A stretch of DNA of 61,991 nt, the filler included, from Sphacelaria rigidula (taxonomy: Eukaryota): NCBI GenBank assembly GCA_964200075.2. It is 9 parts of 9 records of this genome, joined end to end, with 100 filler letters (N's around TTAATTAATTAA, not from the genome) between each part and the next. Parts side by side here need not be neighbours in the genome. Positions count along the whole stretch, not along the records: positions 1 to 6,799 come from CAXNAA020018021.1; positions 6,900 to 13,698 come from CAXNAA020018022.1; 7 more parts are not named here. One strand, written 5' to 3'. Below, piece after piece: positions 1 through 10,700 of this stretch (position 1 is its first letter; each line of letters begins with the position of its first letter). A program made the position numbers and the translations under genes. The notes beneath the pieces are model-generated. The model saw nothing but the letters and a program-made list of their open reading frames with translations, ran no database searches and had not been told where the DNA came from.

Positions 1-1101
1 TTTTTTTTTTTTTTTTTTTTTTTTTTTCTGCGGTTCCCCGCGCCTATTTCTCCCCTTCCCCCCCACTTTTTCTTTTTTTTTTTTTTTTTTTTCCCTCGAT
101 GGAAGGAGGAAACCCAACCCAACACTTACCTCGCTGGCGACCGAAACGATAGTTTTTCGCGTTGTGTGCTTCACATCATAATGCATGTTTCGACAATCAG
201 GGAACGTTCCGCGCTCTTCACACCAGACGGCAGAAAATGTGTTTTTCGCAGAATTTCAGGGAACGCTTGAAGAAGTCTTGAAAAAGTAATGAGTCTAGAC
301 ATGTGTCCCAGGGATGTGGAGGTGTGTGCAGCGTCTGAACAGGGAGGGCGGCGCCTAAGCGCACGATTTGTTCGTGCTAAAGATGTAGTTTTGAATCAAG
401 TGTATCAGCCACATGGAAAAAATGAAACGAGCATAAGTTGTCTATGGTCGGAAAAATGTCGTCGAATAACTCGGACACTTTTCGGAGGTAAACACCCTTC
501 CCCCCGATTCGCACCCCTAAATGTGTCTGATTTCTGTCGTTGAAAGTGTAGGGATGTGAGCAGAGAGAAAATAGTTGGTTGGGTCGACTTTGTTGGGCGA
601 AAGTCGATGAGGTGTGGGACTGCTGATCCACTCCGCGATACCAAACTGTAAGCTATGTACCGGGGGAGAGATGTATATATTGCTTGTGATGACGTTGTCG
701 TCCCGAGAAAGGTGAGGGGTTAAATGAGAAGTGGAACCAAAAAAATAACCCAGCGTTCATGGCTTTGTCGTGAATATCGGTACCACTACGTGCACAGCAG
801 CCGTGTGGCGGTTTCTTCCCTGACATGACTCAGTGACATGAGTCAGGTAGATACGTGGATTGAGTGCATGACAACGACCGTGTCGCTGCAGAGATCAAAG
901 CCGACATGGTCGTCCGTCCGCCGCGCCTAAAGAAGACCGTTCGTTTCCTCTCGCGTTTTAACGCACAATATTCTGTTCAGCTTTCCGTCAGACCAAAAAG
1001 TTCTCCTTGCCACCTCGCTCGGGCTCAAGCTGACCCTCCCCCCACTCGTTACCCTGCCCCGTCTCCGTCGCCGCCATCACCGCCGCCCTCGACGCCATCA
1101 G

Positions 1102-1245
1102 TGCAACCATGATCCGCGTGTTCCCGTACGCTGGGACTCAGTTTATGATGTTTGATAGTCTGAAGCGGTGGGCACTGCTGCGAAAAACGCGGCTGGACCC
1201 GAACGCAGAGCAGCGCCTCTCCAACATGGAGTCGCTCGTGTCAGG
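1102..1245 (+). CDS. Mitochondrial carrier (CoA transporter, SLC25A42-like), internal exon
   Basis: Splice sites cag|...|gtgag. Translates ATMIRVFPYAGTQFMMFDSLKRWALL...ESLVSG (carrier helix 2 region). Phase 2 at both ends. The gene's 5' end is not identified. Confidence 0.9.
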
Positions 1246-1339
1246 GTGAGGAAAGCATGCATGTCCCCCCGAAAATATTCTGGATAAATTTCAAGGAGAA
1301 AATCGTTGAATGAAAATGAGGAGCTACAACTCATGCTGC

Positions 1340-1620
1340 AGCAGCCGGGTCGGGCAAATCATCGCTGGCTTGAATCACCACATCTACAGAATTTCTTGGG
1401 TCTATTTGCTCGAAAACATGGAAAATCTTTGACCGCGGGTCATGAACGTCTCTGCTCAATTTTTGCACTATTCCACCTCCACGTGCCTGTGGTGCGCGCT
1501 CTTGGGGTGCAACGCTCAAAACAAACCCCAAGGATTGATTCGTACGGTACGAATCCGTACGAATCAATCACTCTAACAGCAAGTGATTTCCAGACGAATC
1601 ATTATTTGTCCGACTCTTGA
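1340..1620 (+). repeat. Dispersed repeat with a central palindrome (copy 1 of 3)
   Basis: Aligns by eye with 60290-60560 (same strand) and 45945-46195 (opposite strand). Shared core ...gggtgcaacgctcaaaacaaac...gattgattcgtacggtac... Boundaries are approximate. Confidence 0.75.
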
Positions 1621-2330
1621 ATACGGGAGTAAACGATTCGCGACGCAAGAAACGAGTCATTATATACCGAAAGTGGACCACGAGCTATGTCCACTAATCT
1701 GTTGCGCATTCGACTGACTTTTGGCTTCTTGAACAGGGGTATCTATCTCGTCGACAGTAGAAGCGAATTCCGGAAATCCTGAGACGCCTGCATTTTACGT
1801 GTCACACCAGGGTGCTCAAGAAAACGTCTCAATGACATGGTTTATGGAAAATCGAAAATCTGCTGACACGAACGTCATCACCCAAGCCCATGTTTTGTCT
1901 TCATTTTCTTGTTTTAATACAAGCTGGTTCAGATTGAATATCCAAAGTTTATTCCCCGGCTAATGAATGCAATATTCAGCCAATATGCTCAAATGTGAAC
2001 TCATACTGACCGCAATTAACAGACGAAAAGGGTGACATAGCCGGGTTTTTGTTCAAGACTAACGCGGTAGCGCTATGGACAAAAACATGTCTCGATCAAT
2101 CAGCGCCTTTCAAATTGTTCCGAAATTGAAAATACGAATTCCAAGCTCAATTTCTACCGAATCCCCACAAGATGGTATCCCAAGGAACATGTGTACCAAT
2201 TTTCGTTGCTCAACTCGAATAACTGGATCGGCTGGGTCTTTTACCGTGAAAACAACCCCCGAAGAGGGTGATTCTGTACTTGAATCAAGTAATTACAGAC
2301 TCTTGTATACTTCAGCGCACGTTTTGGCAG

Positions 2331-2601
2331 TTCCTCACGCCGTTTTTTCGAGTTAGACCCCGAAAATTTGCATATATGTTCTGGAGGGCACTATCTAAAA
2401 CTCGATGACCGGGTTTTTTTCATTTTTTTTCGTTGGTGGCTTTTTATCCAAGGTCGTGGTTGACCTACTTGACCGGGGGAGGGGTCAGATCCCGACTATC
2501 TCGACCCCCCCCCAAAAAAACGGTTTTCGAGTTTTAGATAGTGCCCTCAAGAACATGTGTGCAAATGTTCGTGGTTTGACTCGAAAAAACGGCGTGAAGA
2601 A
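2331..2601. repeat. Foldback/MITE-like inverted repeat within an intron
   Basis: Arm 2331-2411 is an imperfect reverse complement of arm 2521-2601 (e.g. gagggcactatctaaaactcga / tcgagttttagatagtgccctc). Confidence 0.8.
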
Positions 2602-2936
2602 ATCCCGGGGAATGAATTTTGGGCGTTCAATCCGAACCAGCTCGTAGTCAACATGGGCTACTTGATTCCCTTGTTGTGCTCCGTGAGTATCTCAGAGCAC
2701 GCGTGAAGTCATATGCTCGTGCTTTGGGCGCAGCAGCGTCAAATAATATAACTCCACCCCTATTTCGTGTATTCCCTTTAGTCCTCTCAGACCTGCAGCA
2801 CAGAGCTTTGCCACCGGTGCCGTGTCTGCTGAAGGCCTGGTTCTCTCGACAACGATAGCACGGTACCGTGTCTAGTAGAGGCCTGCTACTCTTGACTATG
2901 ATAACATTGCCGTGCCTGGCTGAACTTGGTCATAAG

Positions 2937-3041
2937 GTCAATTGCTGGAGCGATATCGGCGCTGGTGACCTACCCCCTCGACCTGGCGAGGGCGAGGCTA
3001 GCGGTGGCGCGTAGCTTGGTCGATTGCGGGCGACGACGGAG
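2937..3041 (+). CDS. SLC25A42-like carrier exon
   Basis: Splice sites aag|...|gtgag. SIAGAISALVTYPLDLARARLA contains the carrier signature Px[DE]xx[RK]xR. Phase fits both neighbouring exons. Confidence 0.9.
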
Positions 3042-3342
3042 GTGAGTTTTTCACAACATTTTCGGCGATCGGCTGTGTGGATTGCCTGCCGCCGTTCTTC
3101 ATCGCTGCCTTTGAAAAAAGGTCGTTCGCCGTACGCTGCAAGCTCATCGGGTGTCACACATGTACGACTGCCTGCTTGCCTGACTTTTTTTCGCAATGAT
3201 CGCGTCAGTTTTGAGGTGTGGTTCGGCGAGTTAGATGTTGGCTTGGTTCCGCTGAGGCCGTTAACACCCGCATCTGTATTTTATGGTCGTGTGCGGGTGG
3301 ACATACTGACTGCTGCATGTTGTGCTTCGGTCCGTCATCCAG

Positions 3343-3484
3343 CATGGGCGTGCCGACGTTACTGCGAAGTGTGGTGCGGGAGGACGGATTCCGAGCGCTG
3401 TACCGTGGGGCAACCCCTAGCCTTATGGGTATCATCCCCTACGCTGGGATCGCGTTTTCCATCAACGAACAGGCGAAGCACGAG
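3343..3484 (+). CDS. SLC25A42-like carrier exon, ends at a GC donor
   Basis: Translates MGVPTLLRSVVREDGFRALYRGATPSLMGIIPYAGIAFSINEQAKHE. Donor is gag|gcaagc, and phase 0 matches the next exon. Confidence 0.88.
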
Positions 3485-4104
3485 GCAAGCGGTTGGCGGG
3501 GAGGGGGTTCGCGGCATTAGCGCGGACATATACACAGACATCCAAGAATTGGCACGATATTTCTTCTTGGGTGCTTTCCCCGCATAAGAGGTAGTCTCAG
3601 CACTACCGGGCTTCTCGAGACAAGCCAGCTACTTTGGAAGCCAGTCATCGCGATCGATGCCTGAACAAAAATCATGTTTCGAAATGAGTCAATGCAATGA
3701 TGGCGCGCTAACAGCCCCTGAAAATCCGGCCTGGGTGTACGACTCGCCTGATGCACTGCCTCGTGTTGCGGCCACGTGTCGTATTCCAGCATGAAAGCGC
3801 CCTTGTGGCTTGTTTGAATAGGGGTTTTGAGTATTGTTCAGAATGCTCGTTGTGTGAAATGGCGTATCACTTCTATCGCCGTCCGGGACTACGTTACCTT
3901 GAGCCCGAACCTGGTTGATACGGGGAAATTGGCAAAGCATGCTGATGATGTTTCATTATGCTTTTCCCGTGGACGGATGAACGCTTTTCGGACTTGCGAC
4001 GAGCGTCGGTTGCGGATCCCCCGCACTCGATGCTTCGCCCCCCTCGACTCGCATTTACTTTCCTGTCTCTCTTCAACATCGAATTAACTTTTTCGCGCAT
4101 CCAG

Positions 4105-4263
4105 GTGTTATTGTTAACTGGACGCGAGCCGGGGACGATGCACAAGCTTGGAATCGGGGCGTTCGCTGGGTTGGTGGCGCAAAGCTGCACGTACCCTCTA
4201 GAGGTCGTTCGGCGGCGAATGCAAACGCACGGTCTGGTAGACTCACACGCGGGCGTACGAAAG
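4105..4263 (+). CDS. SLC25A42-like carrier exon
   Basis: Splice sites ccag|...|gtaag. GAFAGLVAQSCTYPLEVVRRRMQ is the third-repeat carrier signature. Confidence 0.92.
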
Positions 4264-4888
4264 GTAAGGAAACGCGTGTGTTTCACGGTGTGGATGCGAT
4301 GTATGCAGCAGCATAAGGGAACAGCGCCTCCGATGTCTCAGCAACCTGATTTCGAGTATTACGTTTGGGTTGATGATGAAATGTATGTTGTGGGGTTCAC
4401 ACTCGGTTCCCCATTATCGTGGAGCTACAGTACAAGGCTTTCTGTGGTTGAATTTTTGTGTTCCATCAAGGGAATTGTTGCAGCATCGTGTAGCCGTGTC
4501 AAGGCGATCGAGACCTGGATACAGTAGTGTGTGGCAAAGCTCGTTATACGAGCACCACGGGGATATAAGAGCTGAGCGTGTCGTGTTCTGGTCTGTCATC
4601 ATCTCATTGTGTGGGAGCGAATCTGCTGCCCTATTTTACGGTTGGCCTCGTGGATTATGCTCCTCCTTTCTTGGCGAAAGAGAGCGCGACTAGAAAACTG
4701 ACCAGCTGCTACACGTGCTCGGGATCGATGCAACCCGTGAAGCGGTCTCAGCTCTCTCGTCGTTCCGCCTGTGGCTGAAAGTATGTTGCCGACAAGCGTC
4801 AATTGTACTCGTACGCGGTGCGACATTCCGCATCAATGGCGCGTCCCGAATGTGTGGAGAACCCAAGCCTATTTCTTCGGTGCCGCAG

Positions 4889-4957
4889 GTGTTCGAGGCA
4901 GGCGTTCCAGCTTCCCCGGAATTGATGATGAGGCTCAACATTTTCCAAACCCTGCAG
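4889..4957 (+). CDS. SLC25A42-like carrier exon
   Basis: Splice sites gcag|...|gtgag. 23 codons, VFEAGVPASPELMMRLNIFQTLQ, phase 0/0, bridges the flanking exons. Confidence 0.8.
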
Positions 4958-5398
4958 GTGAGAGCGCCGCTTCTGTCTTTTGAGTGCTACTTGTGAACCG
5001 GTGATGCCGCGGCGTCTAGGCGGGTGTAGCAGCATCGACTTCCGTGCGCAGGCTGTGCTCAAAAGTACCTGGCATCATATTGTGGCATGAAAGATTCGCC
5101 GCGCCTTGCTGTGACCCAGTGCTTTTTGAACATGACGCACGTAGGTCCAGAGGCGATACCGTAGTCGTTCATTTCGCTTTCAGTGACTTCCTCACTTGGG
5201 AGAGAGGCAGGCGTCTGTGTTTTTCAAGACACCCCTCCTCCAGTTTGGTTCAGTCATGTCTGGTAATACCTCTTTGGTGAGTACTAGCATCTGCTTTTTT
5301 TTCTATTCTTTTTTCCACGAGTGCGGTAGAACAGTAGTCCGTCCATACGCGTTTGCTATCGACCACTTCACAACCTGTCCCGTCCCCCCGCCACGCAG

Positions 5399-5530
5399 GC
5401 GGTGTTCAAGGAGCAAGGAATGGGCGGACTGTTTAAAGGATTGAGCATGAACTGGGTCAAAGGACCGGTGGGCATTAGCATCAGCTTCACCACGTTCGAC
5501 TTCTTGAAACGACGGTTCGAGATCACATGA
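5399..5530 (+). CDS. SLC25A42-like carrier, last exon
   Basis: Translates AVFKEQGMGGLFKGLSMNWVKGPVGISISFTTFDFLKRRFEIT*. GLSMNWVKGP..ISFTTFD is characteristic of the SLC25A42/CoA-carrier subfamily. Confidence 0.92.
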   Translation, partial: AVFKEQGMGGLFKGLSMNWVKGPVGISISFTTFDFLKRRFEIT

Positions 5531-6799
5531 CGGTTGACCTCTATGTGGAGGGCATTCTTGATTATATAAGTGATGGTGTATTTGAAAAAATGTGATGATA
5601 GAACGCCGTTTTGCGTGGGGCACTTCCGAGCGTTCCACGGCACAACACATCTTTTCCGTAATATGCTGTCTTCCAAACGAATTGGACCGCAAATTTGAGT
5701 CTCGCAGATGTGTGCAAAACCGGGTGTTCCCTCACGAGGGGGCGAAGGCAATTTTGAATTTATGTAAGTTCTTGGAGGTACATGATGTACTACTGCATTG
5801 TTTCCGTGACGCGCTTTTAGAGTGTGGTTCGGAGAGGAATTTCTTGTTTGGATAACGTGGAAGCTAGGCACAGACGTCGGTACGCTACACGCTCTGGAGA
5901 CGGAGGAGGGGAGGGGGTTATTCAACTAAATCGCTCCCCATAGCGAGCAAGCGGGGTCACGCCTGCGGTTTTACGCTTTCACCTTTGGCATGCTGTCCAC
6001 TATTGTTGTGGCCGAGTTCCGTGTTTTCAATGTGATGGTAGTACGCTGTAAAAAAGTACAGATTTGATTTTCCGCGTACAAGAATCATGGCGATATGTAC
6101 TCGGTAAGTGGGCGGCCAGATGCGACGCGTACAGTTCTGTGCAAGGCATACGTTATGTGGATATTGGTCATCATTTTAATGTTCAGTAAACCAGACCTGG
6201 TGAACGGTTTGTGTTCCCCCGATGGGAGGGAACGCTACTACCCTGATTTCTGTGGGTTCGTGTCTCGAGTTATAACCAGGAGATCAAGATACCACAGCGG
6301 AGGTATGCTGGCGACGCAAACGGCATCATGCATTCTGTGCATGCCTGTGTCATTCACGTTCGACTTTGGTTGCGGTTCCACGAAGAAATCGCACCATGTT
6401 TCGTATAGATAATTTTGGTCACCCAGTCAACGTCGCAAAGACCGAAAAGCTGAAGATCGGCCGTGAGCCACGAAAAGACAAATAGTTGTCCAATTGCTGC
6501 AGATTTCAACGGGGTAATTACTGACAGCCATGGCGATGAATCTCAAGATCCAAGACAACATGAGCAACACCCAACGGCTAGGCGGTACGTCGACAGAGGC
6601 CATACGTTACTGGCCTCGTACATAATGGATTCAATGCAAGAGACACTCATTTGTCATCGAGGACCGCACGCACCAACGAACTTGCTTGAAGCTTTTTCTC
6701 TTTGTTCAATTTGGAACAAATAAATATCATACACTGGCAACAGTAGTTTCGTGAGATTGAGAGTCTACGATACGATTGAGAGTAGGCTTTTCATTCGAT

Positions 6800-6899
6800 N
6801 NNNNNNNNNNNNNNNNNNNNNNNNNNNNNNNNNNNNNNNNNNNTTAATTAATTAANNNNNNNNNNNNNNNNNNNNNNNNNNNNNNNNNNNNNNNNNNNN
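6800..6899. other. Artificial contig-joining spacer (44 N + TTAATTAATTAA + 44 N), first of eight
   Basis: Identical 100-bp spacers also at 13699-13798, 20598-20697, 27497-27596, 34396-34495, 41295-41394, 48194-48293 and 55093-55192. Every piece between them is 6,799 bp. Confidence 0.98.
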
Positions 6900-9800
6900 C
6901 ACCAGTTTCCCCATAGGAGTATCTACAAACCGCGAAAAAGTGAGTCCCAGAGATAAGAGCAGTAGGCGGGCTGCTGTTTTGTCTGGTGTGTTTTATTGAT
7001 TGAGGTTTCGGCTTGTTTTGGTTTGTGTTGTATCTCTCTGTTCTGTAGATGAAGTTGGATGCAATCAATTGCGTGATAAAGGGGTGCTATTCTGGTCTGT
7101 ACTTGCTTGTTGTCTCCTTGTGTGGATGCAACACGAGAGTGACTGTGGTCAGCCTGCGCTGCTGAGCTGAGTAAACAAACAACGTACACAGAGATCTGAA
7201 CCTGGAACAATCGTAGTAAACACCATTACACCCTTCTCAAGGTGCTTCACCTTCATCACATCACAGTTGGAGCTTCCGCAGTGCCTCTGCTGTACTTTGT
7301 TTTGAGTTGCGTTGTGTTCGGACTGCCGAGCTGCCGTGTATACTACACGACCACTGTGTGCTTTGCATGCGCATCTCTTTTGTTTGTTCATCGTCTAGCC
7401 GTCTGTAGCTGTTGCTCTGTCATCTATCCTTGGCGACATGAGTTCAAGGGCCTCTGATACACTAGACGCTCGCACCCTGCGCCGACTCCGACGCGAACGT
7501 ACGCGAGCAATAGCACTTGCCTCCCCACCATCCTCACCTGCTCATCCCAGCTGACTCTCTGTGACACCCGCCCGAGTAATGATACCCATCTACTCTGTAG
7601 CGGATGCGAGTCACCATGTAGAGTCCAATTTATACCGTGACTCTCCTGCCCCGTTACATTTTTTCCCACATGAGCTACCCGTACATTACCAGCTACCAAC
7701 TCTTTTTTATCACCACTGGCACTATATCACCGTGCATCCTTTCGCTACACTCACCCCGCCGCATGTACCGTCAGCCTTTTATTCTTCAGTACCTAATGTT
7801 GACCGTGTCTTGCTGTCTTGAGACATGCTCACTGTGCAGCACATCTGGTTTTGTGCCCAACCTGGGTATTGACTGTACATCATCCGACCCCACCCTGTAC
7901 AATGTATGTGAACCAAACATCCGTGATAACACTACATAACACCCTCTTGCCAAGGTCCTGTGTATAACCAGTCCATTTCGTGGACTCCGGTATGGACAAC
8001 TCGTCCACACCATCTCTCTAGTACCGTCTGAGTTCCAAATGGTCTCGGCGGGCAATATGTTGCGGACGGCGAGGTACCGTGGTGTGCATACGTCGTTACT
8101 GCTGCACTATCTGAACGAAATAATCTATTTTGTATTGTAGATATGCACACGGCGCGGATATAGCGGGTGTCGGGTGTTCTTCGTGTAATACGAACGAATT
8201 GACGTCGGTACAGCACCATTTACCCGACCTCCGCTACCCCACGCAAAGATCATCTGTACTGTAGTGTGCCACCGTGCATTGTGCTGTCTGGGATTTGTAC
8301 GCTGCTGTTGTACTGCACTACATATTTGTTTTACGGTTGCGCTTGTACATTTATTGACTGTTTCCCTGCACGATGATACGTCATCGACCCCCGACTCGGC
8401 GATTTTCAGCGAACTACGCGGTACTGTAAATAAGTATCGCCAGCTGCGCTGGTATTGCCTCTAGGCACACGGCATCCGGTAGTTTTTGTTTTCTTCTCAG
8501 CCTCAACGTGTTCTCAAAATAGAACTGAGCGGTTTGACGTTGCTGTTCGCTGCATCCCACACGTCTATTCCTTCGTGGCATGCATGTTTGTTAATACGCT
8601 ATTGCGCTGGTGACAGGCACTGTATGTCTGTTGATTGTGACAACCTTCGTTATCTTGTCTCTTGCTGTTACAATTTATTCCAACACATACACACATACGG
8701 TTGTTGTGTGCCTTCGACATATGTATATATATATATATATACACACATTCCCCTCCGTCTGCACCTGATTAAAAAGGTGTTATATCGCTACAAGTGCGGA
8801 GTGCGCGGACCTACATGTCGATCGAAAACTGTCGACAGTACCCTGCCACTATATTTCTTTTTATTATTTGTTCGCTCCGCCTCAGTCCTCAACAACTGTT
8901 TTGTCTCCCACGACGAAGCATTCACTTTTCAACCCCAGCATCTCTACATTCACGATCTGGCGCAATTGCGTACGTGTACAAGCCATTTCTGATATCAACC
9001 GCCCTTCGACTTCATCGGAGCACGATGTCACGAAGGACGGTGCACTCCCTACAGACAGTGGTGACCGACCGTACAAGTCAACCACGCATAGTGAGACAAG
9101 TGATGAAAAAAAAACGAACCAGAACGTTGTGGTGCTGATGAGAGCGTCGTTGCAGGACGTATTTACAGGGACGTGAGTGTGGATACACACTAGTACCCCT
9201 AGCCCCCCCACAAACACATCTACTGCCCCGAACACAGCCCGCCAGAATGGGACCCACGACTCTACCGATGCGAAACGTACCACCTGACGGTGTTTGGGAA
9301 ACGAACGACACCCCGCATTTCCAAGTCACCGACGGGGTACCTCTACGTGTGTGACCGCTTGTAACACTTCGCCGTCACCCTCTTTACATTTTAATAACAC
9401 TTCTACTTCAAACCCCACTGTCGACCACAGGTCCACAGTCGGGCCCCAACAACCTTCAACAACAAACCGCGGCAATACATTTTCTTTCCCTCAGCCAGTG
9501 TACCATCGCCACTTGGAAAAATCCTCGTCGGCCAGCGTGGGTTCTCGCTTGTGGTGTGGGTACGCTAGCGTTGACCGTTCTATCGTGACGGGTTCCATGA
9601 CAGCACAGTCGCGTGTAACATTGCATGATTCCCAAATGCGCAATGACCCACCCCAGTGTTTTCATGCTGGATCTGATCACCCACTTGTATTTCCGAGTGG
9701 TAGTGATCAATGCCAGTTGGATCCGATCGCCCCGCGGAATCGGCAGTCGTGTAGCGTAGCGCCTACCGCCTTAGAAGCAGGAACATTTTCTGATACGGTA

Positions 9801-10700
9801 GCTGTTACCCCTACGACCGTTCATCGTAGGATGAAACGTTTTCAGAGACTCCCCAGCCTCGAGAAGGACTCAGGAGCCCAGTCGAACCCGGTAACACATG
9901 CGTGCGAAATTCCGCGTGTGCCCGGTCCCCTTTTATTTGGTGAGCGTGATTTTTCGTGCACTACGCGCGCCAGTGCCGAACCCTTGCTTTCCGTAGCTCA
10001 GCGGGTCGGGAAGAAACCCCAAGCGACAGTGCCGACCACGCGCTACGCGTGTAGCCACGAACGGGCTGACCTTGCCAACTTCCCAAAAGCCCCTGGAACA
10101 GCCGGCTCTAGCGTGCGCTATACGCGATACCAGGAGAAGGCTCTTCCGGATGACACTGTAAATATACCTGTAGTTGCCGCTGCATCCGCCCACCAAGAAG
10201 GTGCCCGGGTGCCGGGCACAGCGGATGAAGGCCTTGTCGTAGAACAGATCGGTGTTTCCCAGATCCCGAACAGATCAGCACCGCTTCCTGCCGACCCCTC
10301 GGAATCTATGTTGAAGAATAAAGGAGCGTTGACAACTGTTGGGACAGTAAACCCGCTACGCCCTGCATGTACCTCTCATGGTGCCGGACAAAACCCGGCT
10401 GAGCCGTCCAAAGCGCAGTTCAATCAGGACTGTTTCTTCCCTGTTTCTCACAGCTTCAAACAATTATTGCAAACATCCACATCCACTTCCTTTCCAAGGC
10501 GTCGTCCATCCCTGACTGTGTACGAAATCCAACTTTCGTCTACTGCACCACACGCCCTGCAGAACCCCCCGTGCCACGATGGCCCTTCGAAAAACACATT
10601 CGTTCCGGAGATCAATCTCGAGTCTATTTTAGTACCATTGCCCAACAACACAAGAGCGATGTGGCTGCAGATCGCTTGTCGGAACACGGACCTTGGTAAG
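6900..10700 (+). mobile_element. Probable 5' LTR/UTR/gag region of the same gypsy element
   Basis: Lies directly upstream of pol, with a long low-complexity ORF (9294-10721) and no splice-consistent exons. The LTR boundaries could not be fixed. Confidence 0.45.

Noticed and set aside
6844..6855. TTAATTAATTAA as a biological motif
   Set aside because: Always embedded in N-runs at fixed spacing, so it is an assembly linker.
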